Assembly: GCF_001194135.2 (NCBI RefSeq)
Contig: NC_068994.1
Coordinates: forward strand, 43,390,945 to 43,454,944
DNA length: 64,000 nucleotides
Origin: Octopus bimaculoides
Lineage: Eukaryota
Direction of reading: 5' to 3'
Positions 12,996 through 23,949 of the stretch are shown here, in pieces; the stretch's first letter is position 1, and each line of letters begins with the position of its first letter. The notes under the pieces are model-generated. The model was not told the DNA's origin. It saw nothing but the letters and a program-made list of their open reading frames with translations, and made no database searches. Made by a program: the position numbers and the translations under genes.

Positions 12996-14829
12996 AAAGA
13001 TGGGCTTCATTGAAGACATGGGTGATCATTTTTAAGTTTACCATAAAAGAGTATCCAGCAATGGGTGTTCAGCGAATGCTGTTAGGAACTGAAATAATAC
13101 TTCAGACTTTGTTTCACCAAAAAGTAAGAACATTTAAAATCATGCCTTTAAAATTTTCTCAGCTTTTAACACAATGCAAAGGTAAATATGTGAGAATATA
13201 GCTTCTTCATAATGACCCTCCAATTAATGTATCAAGTAAAAGATAAAGGTTGTATATTTTGTTACATATGAAATAGTCTTTGTACTCTTAGCTAGTTATT
13301 GTGATACCCCACCACACACAGGTGAGCTCTATTTGAGTAAACATATAATCAAAGCCTTTGACCATCTTTATTTTTAGGATTATCTAGGGCTACATTGTCA
13401 AATAAGGATAGTCCTAGATAGCCCTTTAAAACAGTAAGGGTGAGATTTGAAGAAATTTTTTTAAACACATAGTGTCTCCTAGTTGACAGTTAAGATAACA
13501 GAAATAATCATTTCATCATAATATTCAGCAGGATTAGAATTTTGAATTTGAAATTAAGGAATAAGGAAAGTGATACATAGAATACACATATTTAATTTCT
13601 TTTGCATACTTATTATGAAGGTTTTAAAATTTCTAGTCAGTGGTAATCATGTATAACACTATTTCATTCTTTTTAGAAATTGTCAACATGATATAACCTG
13701 AGGTATATTAATTAAATATTTTATGAAGCGAGACATTTCTTATAGATAGAAAATAATTACATTGTGAAAGAAATTCATAGAATATGTGTTTTTCTTGTTT
13801 TTATTTTTAGCAAGTCAAGCAATCACATGAAGGTTTATTCTCTCTTATAGTCTCTGAAAGGGGTAGATAGATACCATGAGTAATATTCTTAACTGCAGCA
13901 ACAAATCTAATCTCAACTATTTGTTTTTCATATTAATAGTCATAAATTTAATTTTATTTCCTATTGTTCTCTTTCTTTTACTATCATTGAGTGTATTCAT
14001 AATTCTAATGATTTTAGAAAAGAAATGCCTATATTCTCTATGCTATTTCTACATCCATTTTTCTTTTCTTTTTCTCTGTATACTTTATGTCAGATATTGG
14101 AAAAAACAGCGGCTGAACACATTTATTACTTATATTTTGTCATTGGCTGCTAACAAACTGTTTTGCATTGTCACTCTAAATTTGAAAATCAGTTTTATTT
14201 TTTGGCTTCTTTTTTTGCTAAGAAGTCTTAGCAGTATATATATTTTTTCTCCATTTTTTTTTCTTCATGTAAATGACTTTATAGGTTACAACAAAAGATT
14301 TCTTTCTTTCTCTTTCTCTTTGTCTGTTACTCCCCAAAGACATTTCCATCTAGACAGATATTTAATAATACACTGGTTTATTCTTACAATATATATTCAA
14401 TAAGATTAATCTAGCTAACGGTATAAACAGGCTGTTTTATTTTACAACAAATATTTTGCAATGTTGCTGTAAGTAAATTATGCTCTGAAGTGTACTAGAG
14501 GAGTACTGAACCAATGTGTGCTGAACATATAATAAGATAAATGAGAACATTGTTTTATGAAATAAATACCATATGTTTAACTATGTTTATAAACAGTGGC
14601 AGTAAATGTAAATTATATAGAAAGAGTGTAGATGTGTATTAGGAATAAATATTGAATATATTGTGCTCCCAGATATATTGTAAACAGCAAACACTGTAGG
14701 TTTAGTTTATTGCTATAACTGAGAATTATTCTGCTTTCATGGTATCTATTTACAACTAACTGGACTGAGCCTCATAGCAATATACACTCTAACAATCTTT
14801 TGGCTTCTATTTTTATTTTAACATTTACT

Positions 14830-14906
<77 letters not shown>

Positions 14907-14914
14907 GTATATAT

Positions 14915-15030
14915 AGTCAAGTCAAATAAAGGAATAATAAAATTAACAGTAAAAAAGCAACAAAATGTATTAGTTTGACGCTCAGTAAAAAGAGAGTTTT
15001 TGATATTTCGAGCATAACTCTTCATATGAT
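14915..15030 (-). mobile_element. Short repeat with degenerate hammerhead (family H3)
   Basis: Minus strand CATATGA A GAGT-TAT-GCTC GAA ATAT C AAAAA, then actctct...gagcgtcaaactaatac, homologous to 33790-33920 and 61880-62005. Confidence 0.55.
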
Positions 15031-16297
15031 GGTAATCAATTAGTAGAGTCGTTAGAGTGTTAGATAGAATGCCTTGTAGCATTCATTTAAATTCTTTGTC
15101 CTCTAAGTTCAGATCCATTTTGGTTCAGTTTTTCCTTTAGTCTTTTGGGTGGGAGGGTTGATAAAAAAAACAGAACTAATCCAGGACAGGGTTTGGCAGA
15201 ATGTTTCAGTATCAAATGAGTTACCTTTTGATATCTATTCCAGCCTTTTGTATTACGAAAGCAATGCCTGTGACAAAACTGATGCTGAGTTGTATCAGCC
15301 ATAAAGTGGCAACCTTTCCCTTGGACAAAGTTGGTGGTGTGAAGAGAAAAGACTAGTTGACATGGACTGCTGCTAAACTTCCACAGGGTTGGTAACAGAA
15401 AGTGCATCCAACCCTAAAACATATGGCAAAAACAGAATGTACAAGTCAGATAAATTTCCCAAACAATCTAGATGAGTAGTAACACCAAACAAGAACCTGA
15501 CTCAAACCGTAAAGACCCATCCCGCCCATACCAGAATAGAAAACTTGAGGTAAAACAAAGTAAATTGATGATGGTGGTAGCGATGGTGGGGATGATGATG
15601 TTTACATCTATCACAATAATTTATATGTAAGTATATCAGAAACCAATATACACAATTATACCTATGTATACACATGTAACACACACAGATGTATATATGT
15701 ATATATATATGTACATATATATACATACATATATATATATATATATGAATGTATGTATGTATGTACTTATATGGGTTTCTTCATATTTCTATCAAATTCT
15801 ACAAATATGTTGTCTGATTCAAGTTTATGGTAAGGAGACAGTCATCAAAGCAATGGAATTGAGCCCAGAAGTACATGGCTGGATGCGTGAATTAAACTTC
15901 TTAATGACACCTGTGGCCACACTTATGCATATTCACATATGAAGAGATCATATCTTCTCAACAGATACCTATTATTCTGAAAAGTCAAAACCTAACATTA
16001 CTTATACATTTTGACTTCTTAATTTAAAAACGAAGTTAATTTTTGTAGAAGTGTCTTGTACAGAAAGGAATAACTAACAATATAGTTGCTTTATCTTTTA
16101 TCTGCTGCCTGTTTCTGTCATTGGACTGCAACCATGCTGGGATATTGTCTAAGTTAAACAATCGACTCCAGTATTTATTTTTTTCCTTTTCTTATGAGAA
16201 TGAAAACAAACCACCACTAATGCTGAGGGACAAACACCAACAAAAACACAAAGTCACATGCACATATGCATACATATATATATTATCTAAAGTGTAC

Positions 16298-16561
16298 AGT
16301 ATTGTATATCCATCATGGCTGATCTTAACAATCAGTTTCACACTAGAGGTATAACGGAGTGTTAGGTACCAATCTGATTATATAACCCTATGCTCATCAG
16401 AAGTAGCCGGTATGGATTGAAGTATTTCATTCCATATTTCATTCCATATTGGCTACCTCTGATGAGTGTAGAGTTATACAACTGGATTGTTATCTAACTC
16501 TCCGTTGTACCCCTAGCGTGAAACCACTTAGTAGGATCAGCCATGGTGGATATATAATACT
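16298..16561. repeat. Fold-back inverted repeat of two 119-nt hammerhead-like units (family H5)
   Basis: Arms 16298-16416 and 16443-16561 at roughly 75-80% identity by eye; each has an intact CTGATGA (16394-16400 minus; 16459-16465 plus) and GAAAC (16335-39 minus; 16520-24 plus). Confidence 0.8.
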
Positions 16562-16627
16562 TTTTACTCTATTGACAGATATACGAGTGCATCTTTTTCC
16601 TGACTTATGGACTTTTAGACGACTTTT

Positions 16628-16667
<40 letters not shown>

Positions 16668-16669
16668 TG

Positions 16670-17316
16670 TGATCAATAAGTATCTGGACTGTTACCATAG
16701 TAACGAAGCTAAAGCAGACGGAGTGAAGCATACATAGTAAACTATGCAGAGTGAAGGAGTGTACGAGTGGTTCAGATGTTTCCAAGATGGCCAAAAATTG
16801 TCAATATTGATGAACGTCCTGGGAGAACCGCAACCAGCAGAATTGAGAAAAACATGAGTTATCAGAGGATGTGTAGATTAGTTACAGTTCAGTTCAGTCC
16901 ATCATCACTGAAGATTTGGGTATGAGATGCATGCCTGCCAGGATTGTGCCAAAACTGCTTTCAGCTGACCAAAAGGACACTTGGGTTTCAATTGCACAAG
17001 ATCTCCTTGACATCGAGAACGATGAAAGCTATTTGAAAACTTTGTGTATGCCTCTGAGCAGGTATTTCCAAACTTTTGGCAAAATTTGATGCAGATTCTC
17101 TGCTCAACCTTCTTTGTCATGGTCAATACAATGATCACATGCTACACACCTTCCTTCCAAGCACTGCTGTAAACAGTGGAAGTGAGCTAGAATGTTAAAA
17201 TTTAGTGTGCCTGTACAGCAGAGGTCAAGGTCAGTCTGTGTCAAGCAGCTTTACTCTGCATGCTTTAGCTTCATTACTATGGCAACAGGCCAAATTCTTA
17301 TTGATCAGACCGTGTA
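16670..17316. mobile_element. Mariner (DD34D-like) derivative with inverted termini and rearranged transposase
   Basis: Inverted repeats 16670-16716/17261-17307, right end TA+CACGGTCTGATCAATAAG. Plus strand: VYEWFRCFQDG and SVQSIITEDLGMRCMPARIVPKLLSADQKDTWVSIAQDLL. Minus strand: MTKKVEQRICIKFCQKFGNTCSEAY. Confidence 0.88.
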
Positions 17317-17648
17317 CATACATGCATACAAACATATATACATACATAAATACATACATACATACATATATGTGTGTGTGTGGGGGGGGGGTAGTGTATA
17401 TATATATATATATATATATTCATCAACTAATATTATCAAACCATTAAGCAAAAGGTACAAACATTAAATTTTCCTGTACATGAATTTACACCTATTTTCC
17501 TCTCAGAACAATCAACAATCTCAAATATTTTTATACCCATTACTTTAACATAACATTTTTACTTATTATTAACAACAAATAAACCATCTCCATTACTTTA
17601 AATTTTTAACTAAAATCAAAAGCCTGTTTTGTGTATATATATGTATAT

Positions 17649-17694
<46 letters not shown>

Positions 17695-18134
17695 AAGCCT
17701 GTTTTGTGTGTGTATGTATGTATATATATATATATATGTATATATGNNNNNNNNNNNNNNNNNNNNNNNNNNNNNNNNNNNNNNNNNNNNNNNNNNNNNN
17801 NNNNNNNNNNNNNNNNNNNNNNNNNNNNNNNNNNNNNNNNNNNNNNNNNNNNNNNNNNNNNNNNNNNNNNNNNNNNNNNNNNNNNNNNNNNNNNNNNNNN
17901 NNNNNNNNNNNNNNNNNNNNNNNNNNNNNNNNNNNNNNNNNNNNNNNNNNNNNNNNNNNNNNNNNNNNNNNNNNNNNNNNNNNNNNNNNNNNNNNNNNNN
18001 NNNNNNNNNNNNNNNNNNNNNNNNNNNNNNNNNNNNNNNNNNNNNNNNNNNNNNNNNNNNNNNNNNNNNNNNNNNNNNNNNNNNNNNNNNNNNNAGAGAG
18101 AGAGAGAGAGAGAGAGGAAGAGAGAGAGAGAGAA

Positions 18135-18175
<41 letters not shown>

Positions 18176-18209
18176 CACACATACACACACACAGACACAC
18201 ACACACAAA

Positions 18210-18365
18210 ACAGGCTTTCACACAGTTTCCATCTACTAAATTCACTCACAAGGCATTGGTTGTCCCTGGGTTATAGTAGAAGACACTTATCTAAGGTTTC
18301 ATGCACTGAGGCTGAACCTGAAACATTTTGGTTGCAAAGCAAGCTTCTTAATTACTCAGCCAGCA
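18210..18365 (-). mobile_element. tRNA-derived SINE family A, 5' half
   Basis: Reverse complement of the family A head and body (ccatctactaaattcactcacaaggc...tagtagaagacactt...gcaagcttctta). Confidence 0.75.
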
Positions 18366-19754
18366 GGTTTTGAACTCATAGCACTCAGACGCCACTGAAC
18401 TAGACACATTAAAACCATTTGTTTTCCTTCTTACAATGTCAGCAGTGTCTAGTAAATAAAATTGATTAATTGATGTCTAAATATTAGGTCTATAAGTAAA
18501 ATACTAAATAAATTCTGGACAATTCCACTTAACGTTTTAGGTTGAAATAAAACCTTCAGCTTGGGGCTTTTTCTCAAAGTAGGTGGAAAGGAAATAGAAT
18601 CAAATTTTAATAATATTATGCAAGAGAAGCATCTCTTTCTTTATTGCCTTTTTCTTTCAATGTCAGATTACTAAACTACTCTAATACCTCGAAAACCATT
18701 ACAGCTTTCTGTTGTTCCCATGAACAAGCTACATTTAAAAATCAACTACCATTACACTGTCTCTATAGACAAACTAACAAACAAACAAGCAAGCCAGAAT
18801 GACAATAAATTACTGATGCTAAGCGTTACCTCTGCTGCAACAAATAGAATCATCTTTATCACAAATTATTGATATTTCTAAACACATTGATACCCATTAT
18901 TGTGTCCATAACATTTGACATACAGACTCTCATCGGAGAGAGAATTTCAGAATTAATAATAGAATAATTTACTTTTTATTGGCTTTGTTTTAGTTTTATG
19001 GCTTGGATCTAGAATATTAATAAAGAAATGTCTGTGTTGAGAATCTGAATGCCTAAATAGTTCTGAAGAGTGGAACATAGAGCAAGAACAATGGAATAAA
19101 AAGGAAAAACGCATAAAAAGAGATGACAACTCACTCCCTACCTTGAACTACTATAAAGTGTAAATAATGAGATGGCTTATTTAGTACAAAGTCTTAATAC
19201 ACTTTACATATGTATAACGTTACGCATTTAGCCTATATATTGTTACTCTTAAATACATTTACAAATAATCATATATACATACACACATGCAACAGAAAAT
19301 GCGTCTGTAGAAGAATAGAATTACAGCCTTGTTCTAAAACAATGTTGGGGGTTTATATAACTCATGGAGAGAACATGTGGATCTTCAAATTGAATGATCA
19401 CGATTTTCATTTATTTGGCAGCACATTTCTACTAGCCGTTGAAATCTGACTAGTTATATATCAATAGAAGTGAGTGATATATTTGTCATAAGAAGTGTCA
19501 GGCCTAACATTTCAGGCTTTACCTTTTTGTCAGAGAGTATAGAAGGAATAGAAAAGTACTTTTGTCTCTTAGGCTGGAGCTGAAAGTGAGACAAGGTGTT
19601 ATTCTTTGGGCTGGATCGATCTAATCCAGAGATAGAGATCTTTTGTTATAATGGAAGGGCACATTAAAGTTAACTGTTATCTGACAAGACTATGTCCAAA
19701 ACAAATTTTCATTCTGCTAAATCTATTTAAAAATATATAATTATTCCTCAGTGA

Positions 19755-20075
19755 AGGCACATGGCTGAGTGCTTAGGGTATTCAGCACACAATTGCAAAG
19801 TCATGAGTTCAATTCCTGGCAACACACTGTGACCTTGAGCAAGACACTTTATTTCACATTGCTCCAGTCCACTTAGCTGGCAAAAATGAGTTGTACCTGT
19901 ATTCCAAAGGGCCAGCCTTATCACACTCTATGTCATGCTGAATCCACCTGAGAACTACATTAAGGGTACACATGTCTGTGGAGTGCTCAGCCACATGCAC
20001 ATTAGTTTCACAAGCAGGCTATTCCATTGATCAGATCAACTGGAACCTCATCATCATAACTGATGGAGTGCCAGT
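19755..20075 (+). mobile_element. tRNA-derived SINE (CORE-like body)
   Basis: A box catggctgagtgctt, B box gagttcaattcct, then ctgtgaccttgagcaagacactt. Confidence 0.75.
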
Positions 20076-20375
20076 ATTCCTCAAACTCAAACAAAATGTA
20101 AAAAAAAAAAGAGTTTAATGAATAAATGAATAAAAAACAGTTTCAGAATAAACACCTTCACCTTAATGTATAATTTTTTTATTGAAAATTTCACCAGATT
20201 TCTGTTTCATTCACATTTATAAATAAACAAGCAATTACAAGTGTAGATAACGAAATGTAGATATTTCTTGAAGTCACAAATAATTGAGATAATTTGTAGT
20301 AAATAAAATAAAAACAACAAAAATATATTTCAGTATCACAATTTCTCATCAAATGTTGCATGCAGCTTCATATAA

Positions 20376-20569
20376 CTTTAACCCTTTAGCATTTAAGCCA
20401 GCCATATCCAGTCACAATATACTACCTATTTTATGGTCAAGATAGCCACATCTGGCCTCTCACACCTATACTACAATGTCATTCTAAGAATGAATCAATC
20501 ATTTCATCAAATTCTTGAAGATACAAAATAATGTATGATTATTTCAAAACAATGTGAATGAATAAGCAT
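20376..20569 (-). mobile_element. piggyBac-type MITE copy, truncated where a minisatellite begins
   Basis: ttaaccctttagcattta terminus; opposite orientation to 31039-31256; a further copy lies at 35680-35910. Confidence 0.7.
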
Positions 20570-20753
20570 AGGACCTCAAAGGTTGCTTAGGATTTAAAGG
20601 CTGAATTTGACTTTAAAGATGGTATAGGATCTTAAAGACAGCATAGAACCTTGAAGGCTGCATAAGAGTTTAAAGACAGTATAAGACCTTAAAGGCTGCA
20701 TAGGATCTTAATGATGATTAGGGCTTCATAGGCAGCATAGGACCTTAAAAGCT
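20566..20753 (+). repeat. 19-bp minisatellite, about 10 degenerate units (gcataggaccttaaaggct)
   Basis: Units such as gcataggacctcaaaggtt, gtataggatcttaaagaca, gcatagaaccttgaaggct, gtataagaccttaaaggct and gcataggaccttaaaagct. Confidence 0.8.
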
Positions 20754-21180
20754 ACACAGAGCATTTAGGTTGTAGGTTCCCTACCTCTGTGTAACCCAAA
20801 TGATAACAACACATTTTTTTCTCTTTCTCTCACTTTTAGATGATAGATAACACCTGGAACATTAGAATCTGTTTATCCATAGATGTAGATAATGCAGGGG
20901 CCCAGTGATGCCTTAGCTAGCCTTGAAAAGTCTGCTGGTCTCAACCTACTCCTAGTATTTCTAAATACTAAATACATGCAAACATTTCAGTTATTAAGAT
21001 AAGAACGTCCACCAGATGTAATAATCTGATTATAGAGCAGTGCAAATTAATATAGTTGTTTGAGCATTGGTAGGAAACCTCACAGCATTTTTCCTAACTG
21101 TCTGTGCTCTGTTTTCAAATCCCACTTGATTCCTCTTACACGTCAACTTTTGGTGGGTTAATAAAAATGTGCCAACGCAG

Positions 21181-21275
21181 TATGATGAATTAGCAGAAAT
21201 GTTTGAGTATCAGACAAAATACTTTGTGACATTTATTCAGGCTCTTTGTGTTCTGAGAGCAACATGTGTGGCAAG
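21181..21275 (+). CDS. Candidate internal exon (YDELAEMFEYQTKYFVTFIQALCVLRATCVA, phase 0-2)
   Basis: Open frame, cag acceptor with a poor pyrimidine tract, strong donor AAG|GTCAGT. No recognised homology. Confidence 0.3.
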
Positions 21276-21452
21276 GTCAGTGTCAAGTTGTGTCAATCCT
21301 GAGGCAGTGGCCTTTTCTTTGAACAACATCAGTTGCATGATGAGTGAAGATTTACATACATAGGCAACAGTCTGCCTTCCAAAAAAAAAAGAAAAGCATC
21401 ACCCTGGCCTGTGTATGCAGGTACAGATATATGGTCAGCCCTGACTAACAGA

Positions 21453-21763
21453 ATTGGAGGCGCAATGGCCCAGTGGTTAGGGCAGTGGACTCGTGGTCGG
21501 AGGATCGCGGTTTCGATTCCCAGACCGGGCATTGTGAGTGTTTATTGAGTGAAAACACCTAAGCTCCACGAGGCTCCGGCAGGGGGTGGTAGCGACCCTT
21601 GATGTACTCTTTTGCCCCAACTTTCTCTCACTCTTTCTTCCTGTTTCTTGAGTAAAGCTGCAATGGACTGGCGTCCCATACAGCTGGGGGGAATACATAC
21701 GCCATAGAAACTGGGAAACCGGGCCTATGAGCCTGGCTAGGCTTTGAAGGGGCAACGTTTTAT
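21453..21763 (+). mobile_element. Young full-length tRNA-derived SINE with 12-bp target-site duplication
   Basis: A box tggcccagtggtt, B box ggtttcgattccc, CpGs retained; TSD ctgactaacaga at 21441-21452 and 21764-21775. Confidence 0.9.
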
Positions 21764-22192
21764 CTGACTAACAGAGGCCCCTCTACAAATCTATGTATTA
21801 TTTAGGCAAATGAAGTTATCAGAATCCACTACAGAATCTGTCTGTTGAAAAATTGCTGTTGATGCAGGTAACCACAAAGTTTATCTGAACTTTATTAATA
21901 AATAAGTCAATATCCAGAATAAATCACCTTTGTATGTAGATTTGCTAATTAGTATTCATAGAAAATTATATAATGGATCATAGAATTGATTAATTCCAAA
22001 ACAATAAATAAATAAAATACATGTCATTTGCAATTAAGTATGTTTTGGTATTATTGATGTTTCTTGAGTAAATGCAAAGCATGCAATGCATACCTAAAAT
22101 ATTTAAATGAGCACAAGTAATAAATTAGATATTAATATAAATCTTTCATATATATGTATATGTGTGTGTGTTTATATGTGTATGTGTGTATC

Positions 22193-22234
<42 letters not shown>

Positions 22235-22461
22235 GTATATGTATGTGAATGTGTGTGTGTGTGTGTGTGTGCGTGTGTGTGTATTCTTTCTTTTATTCTT
22301 TTACTTGTTTCAGTCATTTGACTGTGGCCATACTGGAGCACTACTTTGAAGGGTTATAGTCAAAGAAATTGACCCCCCCCCCCACCANNNNNNNNNNNNN
22401 NNNNNNNNNNNNCCCCCCCCCCCCCCACCAGGACTTATTTTTTTAAGCCTAGTACTTATTC

Positions 22462-22660
22462 TACATTATTTACATTTGATGGATATTTGTCCTCATCTTG
22501 TTTGTTGTTAACACAACGTTTTGGCTGATATACCCTCCAGCCTTCATTCGGGCATATGGCACAGTGGTTAAGAGCATAGGCTACTAACCCCAAGATTCCG
22601 AGTTCGATTCCAGGCAGTGACCAGAATAATAATAATAATAAATAATAATAATAATAATAA
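22462..22660. mobile_element. Family H2 element: inverted hammerhead-tail fragment fused to a tRNA head and (AAT)n
   Basis: 22462-22548 is the reverse complement of the H2 tail (ATGA A GGCTG GAGGGTATAT CAGCC AAA ACGT T GTGTT). 22550-22622 is the tRNA head (A box tggcacagtggt, B box gagttcgattcc), followed by (AAT)n. Confidence 0.75.
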
Positions 22661-22681
22661 GAAGAAGAAGAAGAAGAATTG

Positions 22682-23400
22682 TATTACATGCTGTAATACT
22701 TGACATTCATGCTGGAAGCTCCAATATAAACATTTCAGAGTGTTTAGGTGTCAATCTGAGGACAGAGCAATCTGAGGACATGTACTGAGAGTGATAAAAA
22801 TCAAACCTCCAATCAACATCATGGTGTTTGGAATGATCACTAGTGATGGTGACGTTATGCCTTCTTTCACTGTCCTACACAGCCTCAGACTCAACATGGA
22901 GGCCTACATCAAGTGCATAGAGGAGGCATTGCTGCCCTGGGTCAAGAGACTGGAAAACCCTATGTCTGGCAACAGGACTCTGCACGAAGCCACACAAGCA
23001 AGAGAACCCAGTCATAGCTGTCACACAATTTCTGTGACTACATCATCTCTAACATTCGGCCACCTAACTGCCCAGACTGCAACCCTATTGATTATTATGC
23101 GTTGGGTGCAGTCGAACGAGAGACCAACACAACTCCTTGTAACACTAAAGATGAAGTGAAGACAAGGATTATAGCAGTATTCACCAACCTAAGCAAGAGG
23201 ATCATCCAGAAGAGTTGCAGGAGATACCAAAGTCGTCTGGAGGCTGTAGGTGAAGCCAATAGCGATTTTATTGAATAAACTTATTCTTTAGAATTTCGAG
23301 ATACTTTTATGTAATTTTGGTAAATATATCTGTTAAAATAAGACATCGTGTTATTTTCCCTTGTGTAATTTAGACGACAGTTTATCCACCGCACCTTATA
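22682..23400 (+). mobile_element. maT (DD37D) Tc1/mariner transposon, internally deleted and defective
   Basis: N-terminal HAVILDIHAGSSNINISECLGVNLRT, deletion, then KPPINIMVFGMITSDGDVMP...YVWQQDSA...PPNCPDCNPIDYY with 37 residues between the 2nd and 3rd Asp. One frameshift and one stop; ORF ends FIE* at 23278; 3' terminus ...tttatccaccgcacct followed by (TA)n. Confidence 0.9.
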
Positions 23401-23469
23401 TATATATATATATATGCATGTATGTATATATGTATGTATATATGCATGTATACACACAGACACCACACA

Positions 23470-23632
23470 CGATTAGCTTCTTTCAGTTTTCGTGTACCAT
23501 AACCACTTACAAGTCTTTGGTCAGTCTGAGACTATAGCAGAAGACATTTGTTCAAAATGACACACAGTGGGACTGAACCTGGAACCATATGATTGGTAAG
23601 CAAGCCCTTTACCACACCATCTCATCTGCACC
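23470..23632 (-). mobile_element. tRNA-derived SINE family A, 5' half
   Basis: Reverse complement of the head: gggactgaacctggaaccatatgattggtaagcaagc...accacacc. Confidence 0.75.
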
Positions 23633-23918
23633 TATTCTTCCTCATGTTGCAAATTATGTGAAAGTAAGGAAATATGTTTTAATAGAAATATGTTGACCAA
23701 AAGGATAAGAAATGGTGGTCACATGTGGAATGTGACTAGTCTTATTTACTAGTCTTTTCACTCAAGACTGATTTCAAATGGTACAACAATAGAAAACAAC
23801 AATGACAAACAAAAGAAACACAATTACAAAGACAGGCTACATGAGAATTATAAGAAAATATGTATTATAATAGATTATTGAGTCTTAAAGGTTTACATAA
23901 ATATATATGTATAATATA

Positions 23919-23949
<31 letters not shown>

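Noticed and set aside
20566-20753. CRISPR-like array
   Set aside because: Units are contiguous with no unique spacers, in a eukaryotic context; it is a minisatellite.
22370-22430. Duplicated cccccccccacca around a 25-N gap
   Set aside because: Most likely an unmerged contig overlap at a homopolymer, not biology.
22550-22622. tRNA gene (also 12695-12767 and other SINE heads)
   Set aside because: The acceptor stem does not pair, the anticodon arm is weak, and it is joined to repeat bodies; these are SINE heads.
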